From Ginkgo biloba (Eukaryota; Plantae; Ginkgophyta): DNA of 24,307 nt. Under the pieces are notes generated by a model. That model did not search any database and was not told where the DNA came from. It saw only the letters and a list, made by a program, of their open reading frames with translations. The stretch is taken from positions 53,254,419-53,278,725 of the forward strand of contig JANKJI020000002.1 in NCBI GenBank assembly GCA_024626585.2. The letters run 5' to 3'. Position numbers and translations under genes: made by a program. Shown here in pieces: positions 19,744 to 24,307 of this stretch (positions within the stretch are counted from its first letter, which is position 1; each line of letters opens with the position of its first letter).

Positions 19744-22202
19744 ATTTCAATTAATCTAGACAACATGGAAAATGTATCATGTCTCATGTCAACGAGATGA
19801 AAAAGGCATTGGTCTAGAATTGACAATGTGGTACCAAATTACATGGACTTCTAGGACGTGGAGGATATAGCACATGAGGTAGTACAAACTCAAACTCTAG
19901 ATGNNNNNNNNNNNNNNNNNNNNNNAAGTATTTCTTGTAATGGTCAATACAATTATTGAGGATGCCAAAAGGAAATCAACAACTTCATGTAGAGAGTCTG
20001 TTGTCATTATGAGCAAATTGCTCTCTAGAACACAGTAGAGATCTTACAACCTGAGTCAATTTAGTACATTTTGTAAAAAGAGAATAAAGAAAATAACAAG
20101 AAGAATCTAATTAGGGCCAACTACAGACCTCTAGACAATATGCAATGTCCTATTGAAACTAAATGTCAACTCAAGAGGGCTTGGAATGCATGCAACCAAT
20201 AACTGAGCAGAGAGATCAACCCAAGGTTGAATTTGTCCACAATAAGGCCAACTTGGCTGTGTACCTATGAAGGGAATAAGTTGTCCACATCATGTATATG
20301 TAGGCCATGTAAGGGTCATTTGATGCATATGGTTTTCAATAATCATCCAATGCAAGGCCTTTAGGGCGTCCATTGTTCTTCTCTCTACCTTATGACTTCA
20401 TACTTAGCATCTATTACATTTCACCTTGCTCTTCTTATAGCTGAAAATAGGTTGCCCTGTCATATTGCACTATGCACTATTATTTTCGGCTCTTTAGGGG
20501 TCAAGCTATGTTTGTTACTACTCAAGTGGGATCAACCTACTAATTTGGATGCAGTTTAGGGCCCAAATTGCAATTCGTAACCTATTATAAGCTTCACACT
20601 ACTATTTTTTATGTCTGCTTATTTTTGTTGCACTATTTGAGGTCTCGAACTATTATTGTTGAACTATTTGGGGTCGCGGTCCATTTTTGTTGTCGCTTGT
20701 CTTGTTCTTCTGAGCAATTTAGAAGGTCCATTATACTAATAGTTTCTGAGGTTCATCCTACCATTTTGGAGCTTAGAAGAGGTTTNNNNNNNNNNNNNNN
20801 NNNNNNNNNNNNNNNNNNNNNNNNNNNNNNNNNNNNNNNNNNNNNNNNNNNNNNNNNNNNNNNNNNNNNNNNNNNNNNNNNNNNNNNNNNNNNNNNNNNN
20901 NNNNNNNNNNNNNNNNNNNNNNNNNNNNNNNNNNNNNNNNNNNNNNNNNNNNNNNNNNNNNNNNNNNNNNNNNNNNNNNNNNNNNNNNNNNNNNNNNNNN
21001 NNNNNNNNNNNNNNNNNNNNNNNNNNNNNNNNNNNNNNNNNNNNNNNNNNNNNNNNNNNNNNNNNNNNNNNNNNNNNNNNNNNNNNNNNNNNNNNNNNNN
21101 NNNNNNNNNNNNNNNNNNNNNNNNNNNNNNNNNNNNNNNNNNNNNNNNNNNNNNNNNNNNNNNNNNNNNNNNNNNNNNNNGGACCTTGGATGATGTTTGA
21201 TAAAGGTGGTACTTAGCCACTCTTACCTCTTGGGTAAATGAGCACTCCCTTAGATGATAAGGGAAGAATAAACACCCACGAAGGAAAGGAATTAAGGGAG
21301 GAGTAAATCTCTCCTTGTCTTAGGTGAAAAGGTCCATCCTTGTTCAATAAGAGAGGTATCTAATTGAGCTCTTAGTGGCCAATGTTCTTGAAGTATGTTG
21401 TGTAATCCCGTGACAACTTCCAATTAAGTATTTTATCAAGTTTTAAACAATGTATATAGGAAATCCCATGTCTCTACTCTGTAAATAAGGGCTTTCTCCT
21501 CACTTCATAACTAGTGTGATAGAAAAAAAGTTAATAGAAGCATTGTTTATTCTAAGTGTCTAATCTCTTAGCATACTTAGTGCAAGGTGATTGAATTTGC
21601 CTCCAAATCCTTTACTACCATCTCCATTCCAATAGTATAATGTCTTTTATGTCTTTAGTCTCGACAGAACCCTGTGATCACTAATATCACATCCCTCCAT
21701 GCATTTTCCATTATGTTCCACCACCATCATGGCATTTGCATGAGAGGCTAATGTATTATGTGTTTGAAGATGATCTATTACTCACAATTGTGCATAAAAT
21801 ATTATAGGATTCTTTAGAGGTAGTGAATGTAGATCCTAGCTTAGTTAGCTCTTAACATTTAGTCCTATCACTTATTTGTATCGCAAATATAGTTTTATTC
21901 ATAATGTGGCATTTTCTACTCCTAGCCACTCTGTGGAGCAAGTGTTGGTTGCCTCTTTTAGTAGTTACTATTGCAAGGATCCACCTTACACCACACTTTC
22001 TAAACCTCAACTAGCAAGCTAATTCATGTGGTTGTTTTTCTAAATTGCACTATCAGCACTAAGCTTAAATTTTTGTATTCTTGCACACATAGCCAGTTGC
22101 TTTCTAGCTCACCATCAATATAGAATCCTTGGTAGGTTCCACCAAAAGAATAAGCTTAAACATTCCCAGACACACACATGAAGTGAATAGTACGGTGGTC
22201 CA

Positions 22203-22487
22203 TGTTGGATAATAATGTTCGCCACATGTCACTTGGCATATTAGTTGTACTTTATATGGCAAGTTAAGTTGTCTTGCTTTAGCTTTAGTTTGCTTTAACT
22301 AATTTGGCAAGCCTATGCATGTTGTACACATGGTTGCCATTAGCTCTATTTATTTGTATCATTGTATCATGATGTATTGTATTATTCGATGCGAATATAC
22401 ATTGGAGGTTTGAGGGTAAACGATACCCATACATGACTGCTTCTAATTGAGTGATTTCTTGTTACCTGTGTATACCAAATTCCAACA
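22203..22487 (+). mobile_element. Short (285 bp) LTR, copia-like termini
   Basis: Perfect 7-bp terminal inverted repeat TGTTGGA...TCCAACA and an internal TATA-like CTCTATTTAT. The 3' half (22317-22487) is homologous to 23287-23479. Confidence 0.8.
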
Positions 22488-23286
22488 CATTGCATGTATT
22501 TAATCTATCTCCTTCTCATCCATTTCTAGAATAAACCCATAATTTTCAATCGTTTTATATGTTCTAGTTGATAATTAGATGCATGGGTAACCAAGTTAGT
22601 CATGTTACGAGAGGCTAATTAAACACATTACACATCCTTTTTTTAAATTGGCATTCAAGGGTACCATGAAAAAAGTATTATTTTTTAATTTATTTCTTTA
22701 TGCTTCTACCATTGTTGGAGGTTTTAACCTTTCTTTTTTTTATCAATTGTTCACTTATAATCTTTGAAAATATCTAGATGTTGTTTGAAGGTGATTCCAA
22801 ATGGTAGCAAAGCATTTTCTCAACCATTGGGAAAATTTTGAATGAAAGCCCATCAAACAACCAACTAGCTCGTATTTCTTTATCCATCTTGAAGACCACA
22901 ANNNNNNNNNNNNNNNNNNNNNNNNNNNNNNNNNNNTTTGTGGACAAAAGAAATCTAAATTGTTGCTCATGTTCCCTTAAGATGCCTTCTAAAACTATTC
23001 CCAAGCAATTTATTGAATTTCTCTACTCTCACTTTATTGTTCAACACCCTCACCTCAAAATCAAAGAGCTTGTCTCCAAGGAAAACAATTTGTCCTTGGA
23101 CATCAACATTGAACTTCGTTTTCAGTTTATTAGTGTCTTTTATCTCTGCTACAGCCATATTTGGGACTCCAGTCCTAGAACAAACGNNNNNNNNNNNNNN
23201 NNNNNNNNNNNNNNNNNNNNNNNNNNNNNNNNNNNNNNNNNNNNNNNNNNNNNNNNNNNNNNNNNNNNNNNNNNNNNNNNNNNNNN

Positions 23287-23479
23287 GCATGTTGTACACA
23301 TGGCTTCCATGAGCTCTATTTATTTGTAATCATTGTATCATTATTGTACACATTGTATTGTATTATTCTGTGTGAATATACATTGGTGAGTTTAGAGGGT
23401 ACACAGTACCCAACATATGTGTCAAATGTTCTTTGTGTTTGATTGATTTCTAATTACTTGTGAATGCCAAATTCTAACA
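23287..23479 (+). mobile_element. Second copy (3' half) of the short LTR; 5' half lost in gap 23187-23286
   Basis: Shares GCATGTTGTACACATGG, AGCTCTATTTATTTGTA, TCATTGTATCAT, TGTATTGTATTATTC, GAATATACATTGG, GAGGGTA and the end CCAAATTC(T/C)AACA with 22317-22487, with several indels. Confidence 0.8.
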
Positions 23480-24307
23480 ATCCGTTCACATTCATGTAAT
23501 TTTCTTTAATAGGGTTTTCTCCATTATGTTGCAAGCATCTGCGACCCTTGTTTAGGTTTCTTTATGACGTTTTTAACAAGAACTATTTGTTGCCACATAT
23601 TAGGGGAAATTTACGATTGATTTATTAGTGATTGTATGGTTGTAAATAGGGTTTGACACCCATGGACTATGAATGCATGATTGAAACCCTAATTGTATTG
23701 CAAGTTGTTCTTGGTCATGAATGACATGGCCATTAATGTTAAAATATGGATTTTGATAAGGTTAAACGTGTGCCAAAAAGGCTTTGCTAGGTATGTGGCC
23801 ACACCCCAATAAAATGAAATGAAGTAGAATACACATAAGACTTGGAGGCTAAGGAGCAATGACACGAGTCTTAGGTCAAGGACATTAGGTAGGACAAACA
23901 ATAGATACATAAGTCTTGAGTCTATCGCATTGAGTAGAACAATAGAAGGACACTCAAGTCCCAAGCTACATAATCCCATCTTGTTGAGGAAGAGGAAGAC
24001 TACATTGCATTCAAAAAAGTTGAATGACTGCCTTGGCGCTCTTATGTGTCGATACAATGGCACAACATTCAATTCATTGAGTTGATGGTGTTGAGTGGTA
24101 ATGATTCAAAGATGTCATGTTTTTAGGTGAACAATATATCATGATAATCATACACATAAGCCCTAGGTAGTCCTTGAAAAAGTACAGAGACGAACAATCG
24201 AGTAGAAGAAAACGCATATAGCGGAGAATGATCCATCTATATTTCTTATTTTCCAAAAATTACAAATATATTGAATTTATAAAACCACGAACGGTTTTAT
24301 CTCATTA

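Larger units (their letters stand above)
1085..23286. other. Fifteen assembly gaps scattered across this span
   Basis: N runs at 1085-1184, 2239-2279, 3391-4096, 5837-5936, 7076-7175, 9492-9591, 11550-12446, 15334-15433, 17448-17547, 18294-18351, 19358-19457, 19904-19925, 20786-21180, 22902-22936 and 23187-23286. Eight are exactly 100 N, so adjacency and distance across them are unreliable. Confidence 0.99.

Noticed and set aside
23689-24256. Minus-strand ORFs of 127 and 60 aa
   Set aside because: Non-ATG starts and low-information hydrophobic composition typical of T-rich repeat DNA.
1-24307. CRISPR array, tRNA/rRNA genes, operon-like or prokaryotic defence system
   Set aside because: No identical regularly spaced repeats with unique spacers, no cloverleaf or rRNA motifs, and no intact ORFs; the sequence is plant retroelement debris.

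Overview
AT-rich eukaryotic DNA from a fragmented scaffold (15 N-gaps, eight of them exactly 100 N and so probably of unknown size). It is almost certainly plant, and the motif styles suggest a gymnosperm-type genome (inference). I find no intact protein-coding gene, RNA gene or prokaryotic-type system. The window is a nested graveyard of retroelements. It holds a decayed Ty3/gypsy pol (RT-RNaseH-integrase, 1256-3390, +), a second unrelated gypsy RT fragment (15434-15793, +), a 5' LTR end with a tRNA-Arg primer-binding site (6327-6344) plus a diverged sister LTR (~7840-8436), two copies of a short TGTTGGA...TCCAACA LTR (22203-22487 and 23287-23479), and microsatellites. Three items missed by the ORF track deserve follow-up: (i) a ~285-codon pseudogenised ORF at 223-1084 resembling uncharacterised retroelement 'extra ORFs'; (ii) a ~1.1 kb CpG-retaining, poly(A)-tailed minus-strand insertion (17823-18943) bracketed by a 14-bp target-site duplication, with no recognisable LINE coding; (iii) four back-to-back hairpins at an LTR-like terminus (7457-7535). 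Nothing here demonstrates a new biological system; these are candidates for checking.
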